NCBI GenBank assembly: GCA_008632985.1
Contig: QPGO01000001.1
Coordinates: 900,404-964,403 of the forward strand
Length of the DNA stretch: 64,000 nt
Origin: Psammoneis japonica
Taxonomy: Eukaryota
Direction: 5' to 3'
Position numbers and translations under genes: made by a program. Numbering within the stretch: position 1 is the stretch's first letter; every line of letters starts with the position of its first letter. Of this stretch, positions 25,001 through 38,076 are shown piece after piece. Under the pieces are notes generated by a model. It was not told the DNA's origin. It saw only the letters and a program-made list of their open reading frames with translations, and did not search any database.

Positions 25001-25084
25001 CAAACCACCTGCCAAGGTGGCATCCGCCATCAAACCTGGCTCCAAACCACCTGCCAAGGCAGCATCTGCCATCAAATCCAGCTG
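25001..25084. repeat. 42-bp tandem repeat, 2 copies; related sequence at 22322
   Basis: caaaccacctgccaagg at 25001 and 25043. Confidence 0.9.
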
Positions 25085-27475
25085 CTGTGAAGGAAAAAAA
25101 TAGCCATTGAAATTCAAAAGGTTGTTGGCATCATCATGGAGAAGGAAATGAAGCTTTTCATTGAAAAAAAAAAGATTGTTCACAAGGGGTTAAAACTGAG
25201 AAATTTTGCAACAACGGAGGGTGAGTGATGTTTGTCAAAGAAATTGTCAGAACGGGTGATGTGGTCAGCATCTTTGTTGCAGTTTAAGATGATTTAGAGC
25301 ATGAGCACCTCAGAACTTTTGAAACTCATGCAGCTGCTTGCCACACTTGGTTGGTCAAAGGATTCTGCTGTCAACTCCCGCTCACTCAGCCACAGCTGGA
25401 TGATTCCCCACACTCATCCACAAGCATTCCAGCCACACATTGATGTCACATCAGTGCAACCAATCATTGCAACATGCCAAGATGGAAGATGAACAGCATT
25501 GCTGACATTGCTGGTCCAAACACAAGGCTCAGTGAAGCAACAAACAAAGCAAAAACAAGATTTTCAAAGAACACATGGCAGAAATTGCAAGAAAGGACAG
25601 CAGAAACAAGCACAAGAAATCAAGAGGCCATCATTTTGGTTTTGAGCAAAAGTGGGGTGTAAAGAAGTTCAAGCTCAGAATGGCAGATGGGGAATGTTGC
25701 TGCCGTTGTCCATTTGAAGGATGCGGCCATTTGTTTCCATCAAAAGACATTGCTTCTGAAGAAATGAAGGCCAACGGAAATCCAAAAATTGGCTGTCATC
25801 ACAACAGAAATGGAGTGGCAATTTTTGCTAAGTGTGGTCAACCAGTGCCTTGCTGCAACAGCTGTTGGTGCACTCATGTGCCTTCCAAAACTCTGTCTTT
25901 GCACATTGGCAATGTGCTCATTCACAATGCTGCTAAAATGTTTTCAAGAATGAAGTTGAAGTGAGGTTGGGTTGTTGTGAAAGTGTTGCACAAATGGGCA
26001 GATTCTCTCCAGTGGACTCTGCCAATGATGTCCCTTGTCAATTAAAATGCCAGCCCAAGGGTGCTTCTAAAGAGAAGCAGCAGAAGAAGAGGGTCACAAA
26101 TCTGCAGCAGAGAAAGACTTTCATGTGCAGGGTTTCTGCTCAAGTTGGTTTGTGGCACTCAAGAAGCCAAGGATGACATGTGTCAACACAACATTTCTGC
26201 TTGAGTTGAGATGTTTTTGGAGTCCATCATTGCAAAAACCATCATTGGATTTGCAACCACACCCCCAAATCTGAGCTGACCACACAGCAAACAGCTTTTG
26301 AAGCTGTGACTGTGGAGCTTCCTTTGCTGGCCTTGCCTTCCCTCTTTCTTTTGCAGATGCCAGCAGCTGCATCTTGAACCTTCTGCATCACTCTCAAGTG
26401 CAGGGGTGCACCGGAAGCTCTTTCAGCAATGAACCAACTTCTTTTTTTTGTGAATTTCCACCACAACAATCAAGGGCACCTCCTTGATGCCATGCTTCAT
26501 CTCATGCAAGAAAAAGCTGCTTGAAGGGGCTGCCCTTTCTCTGACAGCAACTGAAGCTCATGCTGCCCCTGTGTTGGAGAGGGAGCAGCATGGTGTGTCT
26601 TGTGGTGCAACATTGTGTGGCAGCCCACCTTGTCAAACAACGTTGCACGGCAGAACATTGTGCCGCCTTGCATGGGACAATGCTCATAAAATGGCTGCAG
26701 CATCATCTTGGGCAATCAAACACAATGGTGGTGGCTGTTTCTCTTTGTGCACACAGAGGGCTGGCAGCATGCATCTGCCAAAGCTGCAGCTGCATCATGC
26801 TCTCCAAGCTGGCCATGCTGAAATGCTGAGCCAAAGCCCACAACCACAACCCACAAATGCAGTTCACACTCAAAATGGCAACAACATTTTGTTCCAGGGT
26901 TTACATGCTCTGGACACATGGCCAATGTCCAAGCCACAAAGCCAGCACATGATGAGACATTGGGCAAGACCAGGGCCACCACACCATGTCAGACAGATGG
27001 TTTGTCATGATGCCTCTGGAATTCCCTCATGAATCCACATGTGCAAAAAACTTTTCTGCAGAGAATTCCATGCAAAACATGCCATGAGACACCATGCTAA
27101 CAAATTGTCTGCATGCAACCCTTGCACATTGTCCATTGTCCATCTTGCTGCTTCCATGAGAGTCTGTGAGGGCAACCTTGGGTGTGCACAGCACACACGA
27201 CAACGGTCAATGCATGGACTCACTGTGGAGAGTGGCTGCCAGCTGTGCTGTGGTGGGAGTTGGAAGCTCAGCCTTGTGTGTGTTGCAACCACACATCAAG
27301 TCTTACGAGTCATGCTGATGACACTTTTTTTGTCATGGAGGTTGGCAACTGCCATGGTCCAATTGGGCAAAGAGGTTGACTTTTCTAAAAAGACACTGTG
27401 TCGCCTGCCTTGGTGCACATGATTTCTGCGGTGTGCACACAAGGTGCTGATCTGATGTTTGATGGACATCATCTT

Positions 27476-27500
27476 GAGAGAGAGAGAGAGAGAGAGAGAG
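27476..27500. repeat. (GA)n microsatellite
   Basis: About 12 GA units. Confidence 0.95.
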
Positions 27501-30500
27501 CCACAGGATGTCATGAGCTTTCAAGTTCAGTTCAAAATCAGTGCCAGGTTTTGCAAGCTTTTTGGTCCATTGCTTTGTCGACCTTGGTGCTGCCAGGTTT
27601 GTTGTGGATTTTGGATGACCACTGTGGCTTTCATTTGGACATTGTTTGTTCTGCATTTCCCTCGTGGACCACACCATGTGCTCATCAAACTCCCACAGAA
27701 GATTGACAGCCGTGCATTTTAAAACAAGCATTGTGTTTGTTGCATTGGAGACTGTTGCTTGAGTCAAAATGTCAAAGTCATTTGTCAACATCATTTGCAA
27801 CATGTTCCATTCATTGTTTGCATTGTCAAGATTTAAAACACATCTCATCTCATTGTCAGTTGAACTTTTCCATGGAAAACATCAACAACAACTTGTGCTG
27901 TTGTGCTGCAACCTTGAGCTGTTGCTCTTGACAACACAAGCTGTTTTGTTGCATCTTGACTGGTTGCATCTCTCAACATTGTTGCACAGTGTTCATGTGT
28001 TCACTCTTCTGTCAACTGGGTCATCAAAGCTTCCACCCACTGCCAGTGTGTCAATTTGTTTGTTTCATCAAAATGGCTGCATTGTCTCCTGCTCTGCACA
28101 ACACCTCCAGTTGATGTGTGTGACAGTGCTGCACCCACACTGGCTGCCACACTTTGTTCACAAGCCAGCACAAGTTTGTGCACCAAGAAGTCAACCTGTG
28201 ATCTCTGGTTTGCTCTGATTTGAAATGCCCATGTCAGAGTGTTTCAAAGCAAAACTGGGTTGAACTCCTTTGTCTCTCCAAGTCTCCTGTTCATCAAGAA
28301 CTGTCTCTCAAGTGACATGGTTGCTCTCAATTGTGCCATTGAACTGTGTTCATTTGAAATGGATCCACAAGTTGTTGTCTCAAGAACATCTCTGCTGATC
28401 CATTGTTGAGCTTGCTGTGTGCATTTGGCACTGCCTGCAGCCACATCAAGTCATCCTCTCAACTCTTTGCCATGACTGACCACAGCCCTCCTCTGCCTGT
28501 GGCTCTGCAGGCAAGTCAAAAACTGCCTCTGCCTCTTTCTTTAGCTCAACAGAATCTGGCATCAGCAACCAAAGTTCCACAACCTTGGCCACAGCTGGCT
28601 GATGGTGGAATTCATCCTGAGTGTGATTGCCACATGGGTGGGTCCCCACTGGATGACAACTGCAAGCCACAGCTCAAGCAAACCTTGGATGCTCTCACAA
28701 TGACACCAATGTCATCAAGCTTGGCAGAAACTTGGAACTTCCCAGAGGCAAGGCAGACAAGGAGCATTTTGTTCAGGCAATCAAGGTGGCAGTTCATGAA
28801 CACAGCATGGAAAGCTTTTGTCATGAAGCTTGACAAAGGTCATGAATCTGCACAGCTTGTTGATCATTTAGAAAGTCATTGCTGAGTGCAAGCATCAGTC
28901 TTGCATCAATGCAAATGATGTGGTGCATCAGCCATGATGAACACAAGCATGACAACATCAATTTCACATGCCTTGTCATTAAGTCTTGCATCTCCCAACA
29001 ACTCAACAAGAAAATTGAAGCACAGCTTGGCCACCAGGACCTGTTGGAGCACTTTCCTGGCTAAATCATTTTCATGATGGTGCTCAAGACTTGCAGCACA
29101 TCTGCAGCTCATGATGTTGCTCCAGCTTCCAAAGATTTTGAAGCTTTGGTGCTTGATTCCCACCTGGATGAAATGCAACCAAATTTTCTGCCAAAGTGCA
29201 GCTGCATTTCAGCAAGATTCTCCAGACCAGGTGTGCTCTTCTGGCCCAGCTTGGCTCTGCTCTCCTTGGCAGAAGTGAGGCTGGCCACACATGTAAAAAG
29301 GTGCCTTGGTGTGCTCTTGCACTCCCAAAACTTTTGTTGAGAAAAGGTGTGCAGAATGCAATTGTGTTACAAATGCTTTTTGTCATGTGCGCAAACACAT
29401 TTTATGACAAATTGTTGTGACCATTGAGATTTTCTACTGGCCTCCATTCATTGTGAAAAAGGAATTGACAAACAACACATGCATGGCTGAGAAGCACATG
29501 ACAAGATCTTTCCATCAATGTCCACACCTCAGAATCAACCATTCAAGCTGGCAGCACCTTTTCTCATGTGGCCAGTCTCAAGTGTTCCAGGTCTTCTGGT
29601 GAAATTTTTGATCAAGCAATTTTCACAAAGTGAGATCCAGCACAGGACAAGGGTTGCGTCACCCCCAGTCCAACCACACATGCCATGTTTCCTCCCAATG
29701 AAGCATTTCAACCCATGACAATCCACCACATTCAAGGAACAGCTGTGGAGGCTTTGAGCAATGCATTGATCCCTTCTTGAGAGTTGAGGGCAAGAGCCAT
29801 GCAAGAAATGCTGCAGTTGACTGCAGTGAAATGGATGCCACTGTCAGCACAACAAAAAAGTGTTCTCAAAGCATTCAGCTCCCCAGCTCAAGCTGTGGCT
29901 CTTGTTTGCAGTTCTTTTTGGCACTCACCACCTGCACACAAGTCATCTTTGTCATTCAAAACTGTTCCCTTGAACATGAGCTTGATGTGTTGATGTGTCA
30001 AACCATTGCTGTTGATGGACACAATGCAAGGCACTCTTTCACTGCTGTGGATGTCACCCCTGCAGCCAGTGGCTTCTCAACAACAATGCACAAAAGGCGA
30101 TGGTGCTGCAGCAGGCAGAGCTTCTTGCTTCATTGTTGGTGCCATGGCCTGGCCTCTCACAGCATTGCAATCAAAAAGAGGGACATGGAGAAAAATTGTG
30201 CCATGGCCATGCACCTTGTTTTGGAAGAATTTCTTTGTAGAAATGTTGCTGTGGCTGCATGGCATTTGTCCATCACTGTGCCAGGAGAGCCATCATCTGT
30301 CTGCCTTTCTGCCCACTCAGAAGTGCTGATGCAGTGCCAGAAACCAAGCACCTCTCCAAAAGTTTTAGTTTCTTGCCCATGTTCAATCAAAATGCAGACT
30401 GTGCTGCTTGCAAGTGCCCTTGCCATGCTGTGTCTAAACGAGAGCTCATTTGTTCCTGGTCATTCAAACCAGAGCTGCTTGTCACACTTGAGAAACATCA

Positions 30501-32726
30501 AAGATTTTGGGGGTCCAACTTTCAACTAACTTGCATCAAAGCTTGGTCTCAATCAAGTTCATTGCTTGCATGGAGCACAACAACAGAAGCCCATCAAAGC
30601 CATTTCCTTGGCACTGTCTGCAGGCAACTTCCCCACACTTCCTTGTGTCATCAAGAATCAGCAAGAAATCAGTGTCATCAAGTTGCATCTGACCAAGCAT
30701 CTCTTCCAAATGATGTCCAGCAGAAATCTCATGATTCAATGCAAAATCACAACAACAGTCAGCCCTTGCAAGGTGGTCCTCCTTCCAAACCAAACAACCA
30801 GAGGAGTCAATGGAAAGTGGCAAAATGGACCACAGCTCAATCTCCAAGCCACAACATTTCCTTGCTTTCTCTCTCGATGCAGCTCATGGTTGCAGAGGCC
30901 ACAAAGTAAACTGCTTTCAACCATGACCAAGTTCTGATGCATGACTGATGACACAAAATAAAATGGTGTGCACTGCACAAAGAAATTTTGTTGCATTGAC
31001 AAATCATGACAAAAGGAAGGCTGGGCTTTCATGCATTTTGTTTGTTCAATTTGTCTGTGTCTCTCCTCTGGCCTGCCCCCCATGCAACCAACCAGAGACA
31101 GATGGTGAAGATGAAGTCAAGGTGCGGGTTTGGGGCTGGTCACTTTCAAAATGACTAAATTTGCAAGTGGTCTTTTTGTGCATGAAATTGCACTCAATGA
31201 TTTTCAAAGGCTTTGGGGTTGTCATCCAACTTGCTTCATTGACACAAAAGACATCAAATTTTTAGAGTTGCCTCAAGTCAATTTTTTGGTTGAAAAATGA
31301 TTGCCTCCTGGTCAACCAATCTCATTTTTTTTACTTCTTGGTCATTGTTCACAAACAATTGAGTGCCAGCCTCTTTTTGTCTTGTGGTGGTTTGAGTGCC
31401 AGTGTCTCTTTTTGTCTTGTGTGGTGGTTCACCCTCATTGGCGGACATGCAAGACTTGTTGACACCAGTGTGCATGCCACCATCAAAAAATTATGGTCAC
31501 AGATCAAAGTCAAGACAGATCAAGCAACACTGCTCAACCCTTGTTTTGATGCCTGCTCTGACACCTGCAAACCACAACCCCAGATTTCCACTCTTTCATG
31601 TTGTTGAAACAAGTGTTGTGCACAGCGTTGTCACCAATTGTGCTGTCTCACACAGTCGTTTGCAGCATTGTGCACCTGAAATGACTGAGAAACATGTTCA
31701 GTGAAGCCTCTTTCTTGTTGTGTCTCTGGACAGAGCCACATGAACCCAGTTGTCTCTGCAGTCCAAGTTGTTGACAACCAGGCTTTCAACTGGTGTCTCC
31801 TCCCCCTCTTGGGAGCTTGTGGACAGTTGTGCAGCATTGTTGCACAAAACTGGGAGCTGGGTCATTTGCATCCTCTGGCAGATTTTTGGAGTTCTCTTGG
31901 CAATAAAATCCATTGCAAGGAAAGGAAAATTGACAATGCATGCCTCTCTCTCCTTGGATCCGCACAAAACAGATCTCCCTGCCCTGCCTTCTTCTGCTCA
32001 TGCCTCAAGACAACAGAGTCAACTTGTGAAACACAGGCTGACCTCACCCAGCAACCATCAACCCTTGTCAAATCTAAATCTTCCAAGGAAACACCTTCAT
32101 TTGGCTCAACTCCTTCAAAAAAGCCAAAACAACTGGCCTGCCAGGACTTGTCTGACGACCACAATGAATGGACACAAAGCACCACCAAATCATGTCTTTG
32201 ACTTCATCAGTTTGTCAAAAACATTGGATGACAAAGAACAAAGATGACAAGTGCAAGACAGAACATGCTGCTGCTGCTGATGAGTTGTGCAACATTGTGT
32301 GTTCTTTGCACATGCCATCGTTTGTGGGCTGCAAGCAAAGGCAGCAGCCACCTCTTGTGGGCCAGTGCAAGCACCATCATCAATCAAGAGTTGATTGGAG
32401 AGGCACACAATGAAGATGACACTGATGTGAGATGTTTGACAATGCTTGTGGATGTCACCAAGTCCTGGTTTGCCAGTGACGAACATCCACACGAAACCCA
32501 AGAACATTGTGGGGAGATCACTCTCCTCCTCAAAAAGAACGACACAACCACACAATGATGCTCATGCTTGAAAATTCAAATTTTCACATCGTGGCTCTGT
32601 GTTTGTGCAGACAATGAGACACAGCCATCCAGTGAAGCGTTCAATTTTCTTAGTCACAGTGCATTTGTGGGACTTCTCATACGGTAGACTACGGCCCCAT
32701 CCCCCCCCAAGACTTGTTGGGGCGTG

Positions 32727-32738
32727 TTTCGCGCGAAA
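32727..32738. promoter_or_regulatory. Palindromic E2F-like site TTTCGCGCGAAA
   Basis: Matches the TTTSSCGC consensus on both strands, about 170 bp upstream of ATG 32905. Function is inferred only. Confidence 0.35.
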
Positions 32739-32904
32739 ATCATTTCGCCGCGCGAATGTTGGCCCAATTGGGCAAAGAAGACCACACAGCACACATGCCT
32801 GCACACGCAAAACGCAGCGCGACCGAGGCGCGACAGACAGACAGAACAATGACACAAAAAACAACACACCAACACACACACGCAACACAAGACACACATC
32901 GACC

Positions 32905-34059
32905 ATGGGCAAGAAAAGTAGACGCCACAGGGCCAGAAGCAAGGTGAAATGTACTCGCAAAAGCGTTTCACTCGAAGAAGTCGATGATGAGACTTTGAGG
33001 CGCATGACGGAGCTCCTTGTCGTCCTGGTATCAACGACCGAGATAAAGAAAGCGCTGGCAGCTGTGAAAGGCATTTATTCTGCCACTCATGTTGGCAACG
33101 AAGGCACTCCCACCTCAGAGATCTGCGCGGGTGATACTGAAGGCGATCGCGCATCACGGGCTCTTGTCAAGGTCGGCGGTGTTGAGGCGATTATCTCCTT
33201 CATGCGTGAAAATCAACGCACCGTATTGGTAGCCTTGTTTGGTTCGTGTTGCGCCATCCTCACCCGTGTTTCTGTTTCGGCTCGTGAGGAGTGCAGCCGA
33301 GCCATTGTCCAATGCGGCGGGATTCCGATTGTGCTCGGCGCTTTTCGCATCTTTATTGAGAAGTTCAGGTGGGAGGAAGGGGGCGTGTATACTTGTAAAT
33401 CGGCAATCTCAACAAATCACGCGCTCGACATTTTGAAGAGAGTGGCTGATCAGCACGTGACTGAAATCCTGCAGGCCGGTGGGATCAAAGCTGTTCTTTC
33501 GGTTCTCAAGAACATGTGGCCCGTAGAAAACGCTGCAATAGTATGGAGACAAGCGATGAGCGTGTTACATCACATTGTATTGCCGAGTTACACAAGTGGA
33601 AATGCTCAGCTCCTTTCCATAGTGTCGCAAATTGTGGCCTTTGGCGGCATCCCCACCATTGTGGCACGCATGAAGGCCTTCTCCGATTCTAGAGCATTGC
33701 TTGGTAGTGGATGCTTCTTCGTTCAATTGCTATGTGATGCTACAGTAGGTGGGGACCCGTCCGCAGTTCTTGCTGCCGGTGGGGATGAGGTCATTCGTAT
33801 GGCCCTCGAGTACAACGAACGAGCGGCGGCCCCAGATCCTTCTCTCCGGCAATGCCTTCTAACTGCCAATGGGCTCATGAACAATGTTGTTCCTCAGTGT
33901 CGCAACTGCGGTAGGCAATCTGAAGACATGATGGTGTGTAACCGTTGTGATACTGCTTGGTACTGCAGCAACGAATGCCTTGCGGGGGATTGGCAGAATC
34001 ACAACGCTGCGTGTAACACGGCGAGGTGGAAGCCCCTCAACAATGTCCAGCAGGAATAG
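32905..34059 (+). CDS. ARM-repeat-like protein with C-terminal MYND zinc finger
   Basis: CRNC...CNRCDTAWYCSNECLAGDWQNHNAAC; helical GG(I/V)xxI repeats; normal TA content. Confidence 0.9.
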   Translation: MGKKSRRHRARSKVKCTRKSVSLEEVDDETLRRMTELLVVLVSTTEIKKALAAVKGIYSATHVGNEGTPTSEICAGDTEGDRASRALVKVGGVEAIISFMRENQRTVLVALFGSCCAILTRVSVSAREECSRAIVQCGGIPIVLGAFRIFIEKFRWEEGGVYTCKSAISTNHALDILKRVADQHVTEILQAGGIKAVLSVLKNMWPVENAAIVWRQAMSVLHHIVLPSYTSGNAQLLSIVSQIVAFGGIPTIVARMKAFSDSRALLGSGCFFVQLLCDATVGGDPSAVLAAGGDEVIRMALEYNERAAAPDPSLRQCLLTANGLMNNVVPQCRNCGRQSEDMMVCNRCDTAWYCSNECLAGDWQNHNAACNTARWKPLNNVQQE

Positions 34060-34599
34060 TTTTTGCCATCATATGTCTGAGAAAATGTTGTGTCTGTGAA
34101 GATTTGTCTTCCCATGTGGAATGGCGCGGTGGTGAAGGAAGAATCGATGTGTTGAGACGTCCAGTCACGAATTGTAGAATCGTTTCACTTGCTTGGAGCT
34201 CGTGACTCGTCAGAATAGCCGAGGCGATGTCAATGAGAGAATGTACTTGGCTTTATTTCTATCGGTGAGCTCGGTGTCATGTCGATTTCATGCTTCGAGC
34301 TACGGTAGCGTAGGTGTCGTAGGTATCTAGAAAGAAACGCACCATAGCTATGTTCTTTTCTTTTGTCATACAAGCCAGACTCGATTCTTTAATTGCACTT
34401 AGTTTTTTGGAAATACTCTGTATACGAGCACACTGCATAATGCAATGACAACGCAAGCGTTCCCGAAGAGGTCATGCGATACAATCCTACTTAAAGAAAA
34501 CTAGAATACTAAGAGCCACACCATCCTACCTCTCCAAAGAACAACAAAATACCATTAGTCATTTTTTAATGGATTGTTCATCTATTCATCATCAACGGA

Positions 34600-35820
34600 C
34601 AACGCTGAAAATGCCGTGATGAGTCGAAAGTCGAAAATCACAAACAATGGGTCTCTCACCTTTCTGGGTCTGACAGCAGCCCAGGAAACCAAACCAATGC
34701 ATCACGGCAAGCAGGTGCTGAGCTTCATTTTTGCATTTTTGAGCACAAAACAGCGTGGCTGGGAAGAGCTGCTCTCTTTGTGACACTTGCAGTGACTGTG
34801 GTCCCACAGTCATCAAAATTGCTGTGGCACCACAGTCAACAAAATGGCTGAGTGGCTGTTTTGTTGTTGACAACTCTGTGTTCTCCTCTGCTCCCTGACT
34901 GCACCAAGCAATGTCTGCACTGCTTGGAACTCTGGATCTAAAGACAGAGAAGCCCCCACTGTGAGGTTTGCCAAAATGACAACAGCAAGCAAAAATTCCA
35001 TCCATGGCTCCAGATGGAGCTTCAGCAGGCTGCAGCTTGGTGCCATGGATGGAGGAGAGGCGTGCCGCAGACCTGCGCTCCTGTTCCATCATCTTTGGTG
35101 TGTGCATATTTTGGATCACACAGCACAGCACAGGTTCCAGGTTCTTCTGTGCATCATCCAGGCAATTGGTGAAATCTCTTGCACAGCTGAAATCCTTGCC
35201 CAACTCTGGTGCAATGATCTTCCCAAAAGATGGCGTGGCCGCCACTGGAGAGAGCCATTGTTCACAAAGTGTCAGAAAATCCGTGCAAAACACAGCTGAA
35301 AAAGTTCAGGTTCTTGCTGTGCAGAGGAAACATGGCAAACAAGCTCAGATTTATTGGGAAAGCTTGCATCCAGAAACTCCTCAAACATGGTGCAGTTGCC
35401 ACTGTTGCCACCGGGAGCAGTGCCAGGGATCTCAGTTTGATGCGCACAAACATGTCTTCGCAAATGGCGGTGCAACTCACCACATCATTGCATTCTTGAC
35501 CATGAAAGAAAATGCCATTCAGCACAAAATGAAAGCTGCTGCATTCTGGCTCATGCTGATCAAACTGCACAACTGCTTCTGGATCAGCGGGGCTTCTTCA
35601 ACCAAAGAACATGTCCCCGCCGGCTGGGCAGCTCAATTTAAATCCCATGTGGCAATGTTTTCAAGGTTTTTTGCATCAAACTTGGCCACCCAACCTTTGG
35701 CAAAGGATGCCAACAACAGCTTTGTCATGATCGAAAGAAGTTGCAACAAACGAGCTCAACACAAGAAATGCCTTTCCCGCTGTCAGGGCACATTGTGTCC
35801 TTCCAAAGATCTTCTGTTGG
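34600..35820. other. Isolated TpA-depleted island between two intact genes (relic insertion or dead gene)
   Basis: About 4 TA in 1.2 kb by eye, 3 of them in TAAA/TTTA; TA-rich sequence on both sides. Confidence 0.7.
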
Positions 35821-36177
35821 TCTGTTGGCAGTTAGCAGGCTGTGATTGGCAGGCAGCGGCTGCCATGCGGGTTCGTTGGTTTGGAGCTAGGGCCCTCCAC
35901 TGGTGGCTAGAGAGTTGCCGCCACCCGGAGGAGTTGCGGCAGGTGGGGACAAACAAGCAAAAAAGAGTTGGTTATTTCGAAAATTTGAGGGGCTGTAGAC
36001 AGATTATTCGAGTTTGTCTTGGCATTGGGTCATCAAGAGCAACACGTAAGAGAGAACAGGCCCGAGGCGCGAAACCCAACAACAGAGCGAGGCTAACGGA
36101 GAGCCAACAAAGGCATACTGTTACCCTGTTACTTGTGTTTGGACGCCGAGCTGTTCTTTGTGTTATTGAGAAGAAGC

Positions 36178-38076
36178 ATGAGATTGTCTAAATGTGCTGT
36201 AGCGTTGGTATTCCTGTCTGTTGTTGGGACATATGCCCAAGATCCGACCTGTACGTCGAGAAAGGATCAGGCAATTGATGCACCCTTTGTTTCGGCAAAG
36301 ACACTGCGCAATGGCATTGTGAATGAAGTGGACGACAACGGCTCGAATGCTCTGGACGTGACTGGATGTTGCAGTGGAAGCGTTGTTAGTGACTGCTCGG
36401 ACCAAGAATTATTGAAACGACAAGTGATTGGCAGCATGCCCCAATTCTCAGAAAGCGAGTCTCTGGAAACGTTGACATTGGCAAAGGAAGCTTGGAACGG
36501 TGGAATGGGAGCTTGGCCACAAATGTCGCTCAAGGCACGCATCGAGGCAATCGAACGTTTCATTCAAGAGCTTGCCAAGGTTCGAACCGAGATTGTCAAT
36601 GTTCTCATGTGGGAAATTGGAAAGAACCAAAAGGATGCCGAATCCGAATTTGATCGCACCGTGCAATTTGTAGAGCAAGTAATTGCCACCCTGCGAGAGG
36701 ATGGAGAGTTCAATTCACCGTGGCAAACAATTGGACAGACTAGAGCCTTTATTCGCAGAGCTGCAGTAGGAATCATCATGTGCTTGGGACCCTTCAACTA
36801 CCCATTGAATGAGACGTATGCAACGTTGATCCCGGCTCTGCTGATGGGTAACGTTGTTATTATGAAGATACCAACAGTTGGAGGCCTGGCTCACTTGTTG
36901 ACAAGTAAGTAACCACGATGACTCTTTCTCCCGATAGTGTACCTGTTGCGTCAAATAATTCGTATGACTTACAATCTTGTTTCTGTTCCAAGTGCAAGCC
37001 TTTGCAAAATCGCTACCGGCGAATACGATTCAGTTCATTTCAGGTTCAGGCCGCGCCACCATGCCACCCCTCATGTCTACCGGCGATATCGATGGCTTGG
37101 CCTTTATTGGTGGATCGAATGCTGCGGATGCCTTGATTAAGCAGCATCCAAACCCTCACCGCCTCAAGCTGTTCTTGCAGTTGGAGGCGAAAAACATGGG
37201 TGTACGTAGGGAATCTGTGTTGTATTGTCGTCATTCCACCAGCAAAGAAGTGTTCTCACGCTTTTTTCTTTCACTTTTAATGCGCAGATTTTCTTACCGG
37301 ATCTGTTTGAACCTGATAATGCCTCCATGTTGGAGACTGCCATCAGTGAAGCCATTACTGGATCTTTGAGCTACAATGGACAACGCTGTACAGCACTGAA
37401 AATGCTCTTTGTTCCGGCTCGCCGTGCGCATGTATTTGTTCGTGACTATGTCAAGCGTGTCGAGGAGCTTACGGTTGGACTTCCGTGGGAAACATTTGAA
37501 AAGAATGGTGGATACTCTCAAATCACACCTCTGCCAAATCAGAAACGTATCGACTACATGCAACAACTCATCCAGGATGCCATCTCCAAGGGTGCCAAGA
37601 TTATCAACAAGAATGGTGGTTCTATAGTCGGTGGATCGGAATCAACTCTAATGATTCCTGCTGTTCTATATCCTGTTACACCCGACATGGATGTCTATCA
37701 CGAGGAGCAGTTTGGTCCAGTCGTTCCCATAGTCGCGTACACAGACATTGACTCCGTCTTGGAGTATGGACGAGTGGGACAGTATGGACAGCAGTGCTCC
37801 ATCTTTACAGCCCTTGGCGAAGGTGAAACCGCATCCAAGATTCTAGACAGCTTTTCGTCGGTTTTTGGAAAGATCAATATTAATTCTCAATGCGGGAGAT
37901 CTCCAGATACTTTGCCCTTCTCCGGACGACGGTCATCAGCCATGGGTACAATGTCGGTCAAGGACGCACTACGCGAGTTTTCGATACCAACTGTAGTTTC
38001 CTACAAGGACAAGGGCATCAATTCAAATGTTATGGAAGAGATTCAAAAGAAATCTAATTTCATGGCGAGCTTGTAG
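36178..38076 (+). CDS. Aldehyde dehydrogenase, non-phosphorylating GAPDH (GapN/ALDH11)-like; 3 exons (36178-36904, 36993-37201, 37288-38076)
   Basis: PFNYPLNE, FIGGS, LEAKN, SYNGQRCTA (catalytic Cys), EEQFGP, PFSGRRSS. GT-AG introns restore the frame. N-terminal hydrophobic signal-like peptide. Confidence 0.92.

Larger units (their letters stand above)
20340..32600. other. 12-kb heavily degenerate TpA- and CpG-depleted block containing nested relic ORFs (e.g. 21100-22008, 23827-24546, 25575-25964)
   Basis: About 50 TA in 12 kb by eye; strong TG/CA excess. Relic ORFs keep protein-like composition but have 0-1 Tyr. Families not identifiable with confidence. Confidence 0.75.

Noticed and set aside
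20340..32600. Dense overlapping Cys/His-rich ORFs in all six frames as novel small or metal-binding proteins
   Set aside because: A by-product of TA loss: TAA/TAG stops and Tyr codons vanish while TG/CA codons (Cys, His, Gln, Met) accumulate.
15632..32600. Alternative genetic code or foreign DNA explaining the lack of Tyr
   Set aside because: TA is missing in all frames and in non-coding repeats, and paired repeat copies show the change happened in situ. Neighbouring genes use the standard code.
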